From the NCBI GenBank assembly GCA_030704615.1, contig CM060734.1, positions 57,102,001 through 57,166,000 of the forward strand: 64,000 bases of DNA. Direction: 5' to 3'. This stretch comes from Takakia lepidozioides. Its lineage: Eukaryota > Plantae > Bryophyta. Below are positions 37,699 to 51,500 of the stretch, piece by piece; the first letter of the stretch is position 1, and every line of letters starts with the position of its first letter. The notes beneath the pieces are model-generated. The model saw nothing but the letters and a program-made list of their open reading frames with translations. It was not told the origin of the DNA and searched no databases. The position numbers and the translations under genes were made by a program.

Positions 37699-39599
37699 CG
37701 TACTCTCTTTCGTGAGCTCAGACTGTGCAAGAATGATAGCAACTATATCCTAAGGCTACTAAATTAGTGTCTTTCAGCTTCCTTCTTCCCTCCTCTTTCA
37801 GATGCGCATCTTCTTCCTCCTTCAACGCAGTCCAGTCCCGCTGATCGGAATGCAACCCGTCTCAGCTATGGAAGATTAGCAGTGTGCTTGCCTCAAGAGC
37901 AGAGGAGGTCAACAGAGGCGGGCGGGCACCGTCACGGGCAGGGAAAAAACAACTGAGCAACACAGATACACGGCAAAGAAAGAGAAAAAAAGTAGCACGC
38001 ATCCTTTACTCTCTTTCTCGCACAAAAAGTGTGAGGACCTTTCTCCTCCTTGCTGTCGCACTCGAGTACTGCACAATGCACTCTCCTCACCATTTCCTTG
38101 CTAGCCCTAATATTCACCATCGCTCACCACTCATTCTGCTAAACATGGTACAGAGCCTCAATCAGATAATATCAAGTCGGAAGGATCAGCAACAAAGTAT
38201 GCACAACGCTACTCGCACCGTCACTTACGTGAAGTTGGATGGACCAATCCGCCAATTTCTAGGACGGGTCAGAGCACGAAAATGTTCTTCAGGCATGCCC
38301 AGCAGCCTGCTCGCTGACTTGGTTGACGGCATGCACACTGGGAGACGTTGGTCAATGGTCTGAGCTTGACTCAACACAGCAGTTAAGCCAGCACACTAGG
38401 TCGCCGTTGTTAAGCTCCAGGGATCAGCGTCAAAGATTGTTTAGTTTACCGAGTTGATTGCTGACCGGCCCTAATCCTGAGGACTGCAACAGAAGTAGGA
38501 ATACTCGGTGCAAGGACACCGCTGATGACACACAACTCTATTGCAAGGTACATTACCAAGGGAGAATAGTTTTGAACAGGGAAAAATGGACTTGTGCTAC
38601 AGTTTGATCAGGAATGCATATCCTTCCAGCAGTGAATCTACCTAATCAACCTCTATGAACCATGAACTGGTATCCCACTCCAGTGGACCTTTTGCAGGTA
38701 CATCCTACATGAATCCAGACCCGAGGTTTTTGTGTGCAACCAAGTGTGATAGAGAATCTCCTGCACGAGAGATCTCGGTCAACTCTGAGGAAGTTCTAAA
38801 ATGAGATTCCATGCCTCAAACATCACTAAAAAGCTGTGAAATCATCATCTGTGTAAGTATAAAGTAACAACTCCATCCAGAGTGTACCCCAAACAAATGT
38901 TGCACCAGTCCAAGTTTTGAAATCTAAACTATTGCGAGATAGGGAGTGCAGTGTTAACTGTGCTCAAAATAAAAAAGTCTCAGACCCATCAACATCACTA
39001 TTCCACTGGCTTCATCAGCACCAGATGTAGATCAAACATATGATACTACACTCAAATTCATCAGCATACTATTGTACATATCTTCTCTGCCACTTTCCTG
39101 GAAGTAACTGGAAAACTCAGCCATGATGTTTGCAGGCAAAGCAATTACACCAGTTGGCATCTTCACTTAAGCATAACACTTCTGAAGTAGGACATGAAGT
39201 TTCATTTAAGATTGTCCTGAGAAACTGTTCAAGAAGGGTAGCTGAAGGGGTCTCCTACACTAGAAAATGTCAACTTCTCGGTCCTCAGCTGCATCCAGAT
39301 ACAATCACGTCAACACCCAGCTTGCTTTTGCTTTGCAGTGATGCACTTCCACATCTCACACATGCCGTCTGAAGCCAGCCTTGAGGTCTGGCTAATGTGC
39401 TAGTCAAGGGCACAACCCATGTTGTATCTCCCCCCATCAAGCCTCAGGCCACTGGCAATCCACAAAGTGACACAGATTTTCAGATGCTTACTTCTGGACA
39501 TTGCAAGATTTTTGTAAGGTGGTCTCTCCACAATGGAAGTCACATGTGCTGGCACACTGAACTGGAATGTGGTCCTGGTATCACACCAAGAATCTGTGA

Positions 39600-42500
39600 T
39601 TAAGGGGGAACGCCAGCAGCTGCACTTGTGCAAGTGGTTTCTTCCACAGTTGAATTCACACCAAATTCTTCATGACATTCTTGGGTCAGGGGATTTGAGG
39701 GGTCCATAAGGTTACTGTTAACTTGGATACCTGTAACAAGAGGTGATTTGCCTCTCTCTGTCTCATCTCCTCTCTCCACACTGTTCAAACGTGTCCGTGG
39801 TTGCTTGTGATCTGAGGAGACTACTTCGTCGATATTTCTCTCTGAGACCCGAAAAGCCAAGAGAACCACTGCAAGTATTAGCATTTAATCATACTAGATG
39901 AAAAAAGGTGCAAAGGAAAAACAGTTTGAACTTAATAATAGTTTTTGCCTGTCAGATGGTGCTGTGGAGTTCTCAATTAGGCCGGCTCTAAATTCATTCG
40001 CAAGACCCTGGAGCTTTCATCCCAGAAATACATGAAGGTAGGGCGGATAATGAGAACATTGGAGGCAAACTGGATGGTGATATGAACTAAGATGCCAAAA
40101 ACCCATTTAACAGTCAGATTGGCACACAAACCTGGAGTGGAAGAGGGAACAGAAGTTGGTGGTTGAGTAGATGTGACAGCTGGTTGCCCTTGTTTTAGTC
40201 TTCGCTGCAGCAACACGCAACCCCGTAAAAGCTAGTTTAATCACCAATTTTTCAGAAGAACAGAACAACTTACTACTGTCCCTGGCTTCCAAGAAAGTCA
40301 TCCCTAAACTTTGATTGTTCATAACCACAAGGTTGCGCAAGTATTAAGTCATTGCCACCTTAGCCTGCTCCTCGCAATACTTGACAGCTTCTGCCACACT
40401 ACCCGTGTGCCCGTGTACCAAAGCAAAAGCCCATAGCAAAAGCTTTCGAGGTGTACTAATTTCCAGAGCTCCAGCAGCAAATGGTGGCGATTCTGGTAAA
40501 ACTGGAGTACTGACATGAGCTGCATCGCTTACTGCCTCTTGGCTAGAATTACCAGGCCCTGTAACAAAAAGATTTATCCCACTTGGGAATGGCCCGGAGA
40601 AGCTATCGCGGTAAAAGATATAGGTGGATCGCAGTAGTAATGTTGCCTTCTCAAGGTCCCCGAGGGCTGCTTGCACCACAGGTACATTCTTCAAGCGTGC
40701 TGGGGGGGAGGATAGAGGGGAATTTGATTTTCCACCACTTGTCCCCCTCTTGTTGGCCTCTCTGCCCGGTGCTTGAGGGTCCCTTGGGGAAAAAGGGAGC
40801 TCGTTACTACTGAACAGCCCCTCTTTCAACTCGGCAGGGTGGCATGGTGGTGTAGGAAGGTGTTCGGCTTCATAAGCAGTTGGCATTGAAAATTCTTCCT
40901 GTAAATCTACAACTAAATGCACTTCCTGGTCCCCATTGTTGTCTCCAGAGATAGGAATTGGAAATGGGGATGAGATTGTTGGCGGGGTATCTGGAGGCAG
41001 GGGAGTTATGGAGCACAGGGCCGAACACAGTGCCCGGCACCATGCTAGTGAGGCATGCCGGCAGACCTGTGCTGAAAGGGAGCCTACAAGCTTGGGGCTC
41101 TTGAACCGCTTTCTTACACGCTCGTGCACTGCCTCAAGTGTTTCAAACCTGATGTCACTCTCCAGCAGTTGGAAGTAGCGATGAATGTAGCTGCAATCAT
41201 TCAGCATCAATAATTCAGCACCCCATCTCTGTTCTTTGTCCAAGCTAAGATAAAACGGAAAGCAACTTTGATGGGGTTGAGAAACTGGGGGAAAGCATCC
41301 AATTGGCAGATTTGCCACCTAGAGACAAGCCTTTGCATGAGCTGGCAGGATGACCACTAGGTTTGACACTACATACTAGCAACTCATATAGAGTATAGGG
41401 CCACATGTCATGTCCACAATATCGCACCTGCAAATGGCACTTTCAGCAACCTCTGGAGTGTTCAACACTCCAGCCTCAGCAAGGCTTACACCTGCAGAAT
41501 CTGACCAGGACGTTCCGTAGTCCATATACAAGTTGAACATCTTCTCTAGCAACAAGTGAAGGAAAGTATCGGAAGTGAATCCTTCACTGTCAGCCTGGCC
41601 AATTGCTCGTGCCAGTGTATATATGTATCTTCCTAGTGCAACTCCAAACATGTCCTCCAAACAGAGTGAAAACTGCAAAGCCACCCCAGTTAGATGGATG
41701 GCATCAAAAGCCCGAGGTTTTCAAATAAAAACAGTTGAGCAAACAGAAGTCCATTATGGCTAGTAATGAGCAGCCCTAAATTTAACCCTAAGCAAATACA
41801 ACTTGCAATGCAATGGGGTCTACAACTCAAATCAACGGTCTCCACCTTCCAGAGCAGATAGCAGACAAAAATATAGAGCTGACATTTCCCATGACTCTGG
41901 TTGCCTATGTTCACATGCATCGTGCCTTAGTCTTTCCAACCACCAACAGCAGAAGGGGGCACATGATTTCATGTGGCCAACATCACATGTTCTACAAGCC
42001 ACAGTGAGAACTGTGGGTTGAAAAGTGCCTACTGTTGGAGGTGTCAAGGCTATAGTCTTTGCACGGCACTCGGAGAACAGAACGGGACGGGTAGCTCAGT
42101 GGCAGAGCACCCCACCGGAATGGGGGAGGTCCTAGGTTCAATCCCTAGACCGACAACACGCCAGTGGTTTTCTGACACCTACCTTGTGATGGAAGATGAT
42201 ATACTGCAGAGATATTCATCAAAGAAAAGAGATTTTATCAGTAGGGACTTACTTTCTTGACAGCTTTCAGAGGTGAATAGGCGCGTTCCAGTGTGCAGAC
42301 ATCCCCAGTTTCTTGACATAAATATAGATAGAACAACAGGTACTTGCGCACACAAGTGATGAATTTACGATAGCTCTCCGGCATACCCAATGCTCGTTGA
42401 TGTGCTGGTTTCCGCCTGCAAGGGTTGCACAAAGCTCCACTTTATGCTGACCTTCCTCAAGCTACAGGTATTCCCATGCGGAGGGCAGCTACAAGAAAGC

Positions 42501-45500
42501 TTCAGATGCTCAAAACATGGTTCTCTCCCTTATCCATATCCTTCCCTTTTCCACCCTCCGCCCCAGTACCTTAAGTTTATCTCTACTGTGAACCAGAGAA
42601 CCTTGCAAAGTTACTTACAGACAGTCGACAGCCAACTGCGTACCTGGCTTTGCGGAGTGAATCATCTATCTCCCACATGTTGATGGTGAACAAGGACCTC
42701 TGAGTTTTGAAGCAAAATGCAAGCTCCTCTTTGGCCCTTTGTGAGTCGAGATCATCTCCTCGGCAGTGTAAGCCCCGTGCAATGCGATAACGGGCCTTGT
42801 GGAAGTGTTTGAGCTCCCCTTCCAGACATGATTGCAAAGCTGCTATACAATCCTCAAACAACACCCTCCAAGCTCTCTTCAGCTGCTCCTGGTTGTCTTC
42901 TTCATGAAACTCGGCTACAGTTGCCTTGTCTCTCTGGCAAGTTTGACTGTCCTTAGGTAATTCCTATGGTATATCATAGCAACCATGCAAACGAGCAAAA
43001 ATATCAACAGACAACCAGTAAGAAATATGGAGGACTTGCTGTAAGGCATACGAACAGAGATAGAGTTGATTGGTCATCACAAAAAGGCATGAGGCACACC
43101 TTCCCTGTTTCACTGGGTTGAGAACCTTCTTGAGAGCTAGTATCTCCATATTTTTCCACACTGTCCACTTGCATGAGTGTTGCCTTATCAGCGCTGATGA
43201 GAGATTGGCAGGCGGCATGCACATTTTGCTTGGTGGAAGGAAGGAAGGAGTACTGAGCTGCAATCTGGATAGAAAACCAGGTGGAACTTAAACTGTGAAT
43301 GTCAAGGATGGACAATGTTCAACTGCCTCCATTTTGTAACCATGAAAACGGAGAATCCTACCTCTTAGTAAAAAGGGGTCTTGATGGGAGGAACACTCCG
43401 ACCCTTGTCCCTACACGTCCTAATCATTCAAGATGACTAACTCCAGCATCAAGTGGAACTGACAGATATTGGCCAGTAGTCCTTTACGGTGGTTTTGCAC
43501 ACACGCCAGAATGTAATCCTTAAAGCAAACAGGGTTTGCACTTGCACGCAAGGTAAGAGAGTAAACTGGGACTCAATAAAAATGGGATAGACACTCACGT
43601 GAAGCACATCTGGATCGCTCCGGTTACTTCGACACAGAAGCTTGAGACGGGAAGCATGGAGACGGTAGATTGGGTCAACAGCTGTAGGGTTCATGTCACA
43701 AGCTGTTTTATAATAAGAAAGGGCTTCTGCAGTGGAGTGACCCAACTTTTCACTCAGCTTACCCAGATAAAATGGATGGATCCAGCGGGGCCTGTGCTCC
43801 AATTCCACCGAAATAACATAATCAGTAGCATGCTGTGCCCTCTTTTGGCTTTAGGACATAACAAAGTTGTTGGTTACAACTTTAAGCACAAGAATATGTT
43901 AGCCTAAAAAATACTGGGGAAGACAAGATCAGTCAACTGTTACCTCTAAAGATAAACCAGAACACAAATAAGGAGGGCAAATGCAAGAAAGGTACAATTA
44001 CTTTAATGAAAATGCCACCTCAAAGTGCGCAAAAGCTTTCTGGCAGCCTGAGGACCAGTTGCCATCCCTGATGGGCATACGACGGAGCTGGTCATAGGAT
44101 GGAACTGCATTCTGGAGACAGTCATAATACCCCAGTGCCAGCAGCTCATTCACCTCGCTCTGTCCCACACAATGCCACCACTTGACAAGTACTTGAGTTC
44201 CACATATTTAGGTATTGCTTCATTCTGTTTCAGAAGGAAGGGGCAAGATTTGAGATAACAAGAATAAAATAGGATGTTCCAGCCCCAAATGTGCGCATGG
44301 ATATTCCAAGTTTCCCTTCCGACACATCTCCAAACCAATGTGCATGGATACATACAGAGCAATTCATCTCCTGGGTTGTTCATCCAACAAAATCAATATG
44401 AGCTACCACCAGAAGCAAACCTGTTGTTCAGGAGTAATAGCCAGTGTGAGAGCCATCATCAGGCAACGCCGGCTTCGACGCCGACTGATCTCCACACGGG
44501 AAGTCAAAAGCCCTCTTTTCTGCCACTCCACTGCATTGATGTTCTTGCTTCCATCATTTAACAGCAAGTCCACCTCCTGCAATGGGGCCAAAGCTAGAAT
44601 ACATGAGTATCTAGGCTAGGCTGCATAATAGTCGTCTTTAGCAGTGCGAAAGTACAAGCACAACCAGCCCACCTATATTACTACAGTTCATGGTCCCCAG
44701 TCAGAGTCCTTTGCCCATTGGCTACTCTTCAAAGAGAAGAAACAGTTCTTTACTGTCTCCGTCCTGTGGATATTGTACGGTTTCTTTCTTTCTTTGAAAG
44801 CTCATTTCATTTCTTGTCCCTCTGGGATTATGTGGGCATAAATTTTTTCTTTCTATCCTCCTCTTCTTCTGTTGGCCCCGTCTGCCCTTTAACTGTGACT
44901 GCAGAGCAATTAGTCAATTGTGTAGCAGCTGCGTAAGGTACGGGACTGCAATAGCACTGCTGCAATCAAGACTGCAGCATCACATCAGGACGTCACGTGA
45001 ACTCTTTAGCCCTAAACACATTGTCATCAATGGTGCTCGAAGCCCATGGCAATCGTCAAGGGTATGTGATTGACCATATCTGCAGGAAGGATCAAACATA
45101 CATTTCTCTCTGCCCTTCTTCCACATCTAGAACTCTCAATATCTGACTTACTGCGGGCCATGGGGGCCTTGCTTTAGGGTTATAAATGCTCAATGGTGGC
45201 CTCCCTGACCTGCCAATGTGAAGTTCTGGACAGAAAGAGATTTGGCTTCTTGTATCAACTTGGATGTCAAATTCTAACGCAGCACAGTACAAGCAGGAGC
45301 AAAAGTTTTAGGCTAGTGCATAACTTACACCACAGTTTGCATGTGAATATCAAGTTGCTCCCATCACTTCTTTGATCCAGCTTCTCTTCTTGACTTGGTT
45401 AAGGAGCTCCATAACTCAAATTTGCAGACACTGTCATGCTAGTCAACTTTTTCTTTCACTACATTCATTTGACTAAAGCTAACTCAATCCATTTCATGCT

Positions 45501-48500
45501 TGATCTACTCTATATTTTGCCCATTCCAGATTACCTTTGGAAATGATGATCTTAGGAGCTTCCGGGCAGGCGTCCGCCGGCTGGGCATAGTTCCAGCAAG
45601 GCACTGACAACCTTGGGAGCCCCGCAGGGACGCCCGACCGGAGGATGCTCCCAACACATAGTTCAGCATCAAGTCCAACTCCTGTACCAACTTGGATGCC
45701 AAATGTTATAGTACAAGCTGTTGTCCTAATCAGGTCTGTGTTAGGTGACCCCCTGCTGGCTACGTTTAGTTATATTTCTAATTTAGAAGCCTAACATTTG
45801 TGACCTTCCTTTTGCAGGTTTCCAGGTTTCCAATCAAGGGTAGGATTGCCATATACTGAAAGACTACTTCGTAGCCAAATCCATCAAAACTGGAGGAGTG
45901 GGTTTGGGGTGTTTTCACATAACAAGCAAGATTGGGTAATGAGGCTCACCTGTCGCTTCTTAAAGCTTCATATAAATTTCCCTGCTTACATAGTTAACCG
46001 AGCATAAAATGCTTGAAATGTAGCCTCAAATTTTGGAACTGTGGTTTTAGTGCTACAAGTCGCAACAGCAAGCAACTCACCCTTTTGAAAGTGAATTCAA
46101 GGAGCCTAGAAACTCCTATCTGTTTGTGCTATAACCAGCCAACCCTCAAGCGAGGCAGAGCCAGGGTGTAATAAGATGCCAATGCTACCATTCTCCTGTC
46201 CTTAGGAACAGTTGCCAAGCGCACCCAGCCCCTTCAAGCAGGGCTGCGGTGCAGCCCAAACAGCAAGGAGCAAACAGATACTGTGGTTTGGGGGGAATGC
46301 AACAGTAATGGCTGCTATATCCCAGTCAAACATCGGAGACACATGAACATACTCACAAAGCATGACTACTCACAAAAAAGATGGATGGATGTAAAGCAAC
46401 CATGTTAAAGAACAGTGCCAAGGTGAAAGCTTGAAATAGTCTCCTTTCCAACTTCCATGATTCTGAAGGGGTGAGCAGGGTGAGAGCTAACTATCTCCCT
46501 CCTGTGGACATGGATTTAATATATCTAACTTATAGAGTGTGATTTCAGTGGTATCTACCTCATCATAAATCTTTGCCAGCTTTCGCCAACTCTCATATCG
46601 CAGTGGATTATAGCACAGGTCATACTTGAAAAGATTTGCATTTTGCTTGATAAATTCCTCTCCCTCATTTGTGAGCACAAAGCCTGCCCATTTCTCACTG
46701 GCACTCATGTCCTCAACCTGAGCCAGAAGATGGTACAAATTCTCATACACCTCTTTGTAGGGCTCCACGGTGGCAGGTTCTGTCTCCAACTGAGCCCTGG
46801 CTGCCCCTCGGCCAATTTCCATGCCAGAAAATACCGATGATGCTGTGACAAAAGATGCCTGCGAACTGGTGGATCCAGCAGAAACCTCGGCCCCTTCTGA
46901 CTCACCTGTCGGGTTTGCAGTTTTACTTTTCATCTCCAAGCTTTTGGTTCCCTCACAGCCCTGACCTGTCTTTTGCCCTGCTGCAAGAGCATATTGTATG
47001 ATATGTTTAATGTTTGTGTCAGAGGCCTTCATCTCCCGCAGTTTATCTTCATTGAAGTCTGTGTCTTCCAGAAAAGCATCTATCCCACTCTCAGCTAGCA
47101 CAAGTGCTGGGGGGCATGGGAACTGCCTGCGGACAGCCCTCAAGACTTTTCGAAGTTTTACCAGGCGAGGTCTCTGCAAAACCACATCCCTGTACTTGGC
47201 TCTTAAGAAAAGTAAAAGAGAGCAAGACAAAATGTGTAGAACGCTTGAAGATTAAAATAAGGTGTGAAGGTGGAAAACATGACTAAACCTCCATTTTATG
47301 CTGTTGAAAAGATAGAGAACTCCCAAACAACCTCAAGAGCCCAAAAGGAACGCAATACTATATCCAAATCAAACGAGATGGATATGAAGCTTTCTCAAAA
47401 TGAACATCAAGGCCAGTAACTGAACCAGAACTCGTTGCACCAGGTCAGCTAGCAGCATATATTCCCCCCTTCAGATTAGATTAATTGGCAAGCTATAGAA
47501 TGTCTGGCTCTAGAAGTTGAGGCATCTGGCATTCATTGCCGACTTTGGTGGCAGAAGAAACCCAATTGCCAGGAGTGGCTGCAGAGAGGGAAATACCGAG
47601 CAAGCCTTGGCGTAAGGCAATATGTATTGCAAGACACCAGCACACTGCTCCTTGGTGTTGTAATCGCCCCGATTAGTGTTTTGGTGCTCCAGAAGGCCTT
47701 CCTGGTCGAAGATCTCGAACCCACCCCGGAGATTCAATCCATACAGGCAAAAGAAGCTCTGATCGAGTGCACAGTCTAGACCAAGTTCAACCCTTTTTCT
47801 GTCCAAATCATCCGCTTCCTGCACGTCTCTTTCATCAATGGCTGCTGTATCTGCCTGTCCTCTCTCCCTGAAGCCAGATCTTGTTTCCGTCTTTCCACTC
47901 TGTTGATTCTCTGGGAGATGAGAAGGGGTCTTCCCTGGGATGCCACCATCACTTTTGACCCCAAAGTCATGTGGTTCACTGTTGGATTTGGAAGAATGTT
48001 TTTGGAAGGTTGTGGGTACCAACCGAAGTGCAAGAGTCCCGAGATGCTTGATGGCCATTTTTAGAAAGGCACCTTCCCCCCCCTCGCACCCTTTCCCTGC
48101 ACAGCAAAGTCCATACTCTGCCAGCAAGTTGTGTATGGTCACTAGAAGTGCCACCTGCAAGCCACACTCAAATTCTGTCATGTTTTGCCTGAAATATATC
48201 ATAAATTATACCAACCAAGCTCTGGTAGATTGATGTTCACACAAACAACATAATGTTCCTGAATATTTATGCTGATCAACCCCAAGTTCACCAGTGCGGA
48301 TTTTCAAAAATCTGGAGATAACCAGACCATCTGTGGCATATTGGCACCTAGGTAAATTATAACTACCAACCTTTTGGGGCTGCAATTCCTTCCACCTCAG
48401 TAAAAAAGGCACCAAGATTCTGACCAATATCAGTACATCATACCCTTTCTAATTTGCCATGTACCTGTCAACGATCCCACCCAGCCAATCCTTGTGAAGA

Positions 48501-51500
48501 ATATTCATGAAACTTGTTATAGGGACATGCACAATTTTGTCCAACCTGTTGTTCCATGGAGACTGCCGGATCCAGATGCTGCAGCCGGCAAAATGCAATG
48601 GCAGAATCAACAAAGCAGCTGCCATCGAACTGAGCTCTGAGACTCAAATTGGCCAATCCAGTCTGACCCTTTCGTGCCGTCAGTGCTTGAATGAAGTGAC
48701 ACATCAATGCCAGCAGTAATCTCTGGATATGACCAAGTACTGGTGGTAGGATAGCCCCCTTTACCTGGACATGAGTTGGATAGCAGTTAGAAAGAACTTC
48801 AGAACAAACTGTACCAGCCCACCAAACTCAATTCATGAAGTTCAAATGTTTAAAGAGATTTCTACAAGTTGAGTAAGGCTGTGATTTGCCCTAAGGGGTC
48901 CGCATGTCTGGCCACCCGGCCATGATGAGCATGTTGATATGCTGGAGTCCAAATAAACTCAAATAAAACAAACATGACAAACAGTGTCTGAATAACTTGG
49001 GCTAGACAGACAGAATTTGAGAGAAGCACAATCAGCATTACCAGATACCACAAAACAAGGAAAAAGAAACAACACCTCAAGCCAAAGCGCAACGAAACTT
49101 CATAACAGTAAACCTACAGTTTTAGGATTGAAAAAACAGACACAAATACCCCCTCCAGAGCAATGATTTCTCAAGAATACTGTAGGAGTAGAAGCTAGGC
49201 ATACCAAGCTTCCTGGTTCATCCAACTTCTCTTTCACAAGGGCTGCGCATCTTGAAATAAGCTTCACTTCGTCAGCAACCAGCTTGATCCAATCCACATT
49301 CCATTTGTGTTGTCCATAGTCCAATTCAGAGTCAAGACAATTCGTTATGTTCAATCCTGCAGAAGGCGCAATGACCTCGCCCACATTCACCTCTACCATC
49401 CCCGCAGCTTGGCACAAGATAATGAGCCTTAACTCCCGACATTGCAATTCCAAGAACAGATTTGTCGGTCTCAGCTTCTCACAGGCAGTAATCAGCATAT
49501 CTAGCCCTGTTAATTCGTGGGAAAACACAGCAGTTTTCCCCCTCTCCATTCCACCACCTTCCAATATGGGCCTACCAAATCCCCTGCCTTTGCCAGAAAG
49601 TAACACTGGAGCAAGCAGGTCTATTATATCTGAATACTGGCCTTGTTCCAGCACTTTATCTGCTGCCTTTATCAAATTCCCCATCTGCAGTTCGAAAAGC
49701 TTGCGACGAACACACTCTACTGAAATTTTGTTGTCCAATTTGCAGTGTGGCAGCAAAACCACGGCTCCAGGGATGGTGTTTCCCTGACTCCCAATCACCA
49801 TCTTACATCTTTCGAAGTGTTTGTAGGCTTGCTCCAATTGGCCAGAGCGCATCCGCAATCGACCACTCAACCAGTGGAAACGTGCCCAAAACGACCAACT
49901 ATTTAAATTTGACAAAGAGTCTGGTTTGTTCGACGTAGCATCTGTGACTGATACCAAACCCTTTTGTCTGTAAGAGTCCAAATTTGTCATTACATTCCTT
50001 TCTAGCTCAGTTGTTTGAGTTTGACTTTCTGCCGCAGATGTGTCTCTCTCAATATTTCTTACATTATTGGAGTCTCCCTTCACACACGTGGAGTTCTCCC
50101 AATCAGTTCTGTCTTGATCACAGCGCAAAGGTGAAGCTGCCACCTGCAAAGCACTACTTTCCAAAAAACGGTAGAGATTGTAGTTGCAATCACTAAAATA
50201 CTGTGTGGCAGTCACATCGTTGCTGGTTGATGTGGCCATGTCCATGTACACTTCTGCGAGAAACAGGCTGCAGCGAGTACTCCGGTCAGCTGCCCACATC
50301 CGTGTCAGCTTGTCAAGAAGCAACAAACAAGATAGAGGTTTTCGATGTCTTGGGCTACTAGCGACCACCCGTTCTAACAATTGCTGCCCTACATGATAGA
50401 TCCCACTATTAATTTCCATTTCCTTCAAGAACTGGAGCACCACCTTTTCTTCCTCCTCACTGACTAGACTTGGTTGGTGGTGTTCTCCCCAGCCATCTCC
50501 CTGCAACCAGATGCTGGACCCATCAGCAGGCACAGTGATGCAGCCAGCATCCATGGATCTGGGGGTCCTGGTCAACTCAGATGCATCCTTGTTTAGACAC
50601 TCTTGCGGACAACCAAACATATTGCTGTGCCCAGAAGCAAGTTCGCAAAGAAGAAAGGGCTCCAGCAAATGCTTTAAACCTTTAGATAGGTCTTTACTCT
50701 TATCTCGAACACTAAGCCCTTCATCCTCCTTGCTAAGTCTGCGAGAACTACGTATCCTCTCCAAGCGCGTGCTGCGTCGTTCTTGCAAAGGGGGCTCCCA
50801 GTCGTAACATGCATCTGGCGGTTTGAACCCATCCAATTTCTCATCCAGATGTGGATATTTGGGTTCACCTCTCTCACTTCCTCCATTAGCACTTGATTCT
50901 TTGCATCTGTGTCGTTCCTCAAAAGCATCAAGGACCTGTCCACTACACACAATAGCTTCATGCACCCCAGGTGCATGTGTCTTGTTCAAAGTGGAACCCA
51001 TTTCACTCTCTTCCTGTGCCATATTTCTGGCATGGACTATTCCTTCCTCCTTACGTCCTTCAGTAGGGTCAATAAGCATTGGACTCACTTGATGCACTGA
51101 GAAGACCACAGCAGCATTGACAAGTCCCGAATGCATTGAAGAGACTGGACGCTTCTGCTCATTAGATTCATCCCCACCCGGGGAGACCACTATTTGGGAA
51201 CTGAGGAAGGATCCACTTGCTCTTACAGTGGTATCTCCCTTGAGCACATCTGTGACAGCATTCAGCAAAACAAACCAAGAAGCCTCTGGGAGGATCACAT
51301 CAATTATGTGAAGCTTGCTTTTCTTGCTAAATTGCTGGCTCTCCATGGTATCAAGCTTCCTTTTGGTGGAAAATGACAGGCTAAAGTACTCAGGCTCTAG
51401 CAAGTCAATCCCTCGCAGGTGAACCTTTTGTGACAGTTCAGACTCCTGGTGTTCCATTTCCCTCTCAGATTTCTGGTCGTCATGCACCTCAATAACATGC

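Noticed and set aside
42084-42160. Functional tRNA gene
   Set aside because: Acceptor stem pairs poorly and the anticodon loop is non-canonical; lies inside a TSD-flanked insert
45505-45702. GC-rich intronic block with atgatga...ctga as a C/D snoRNA
   Set aside because: No terminal stem or recognisable rRNA guide
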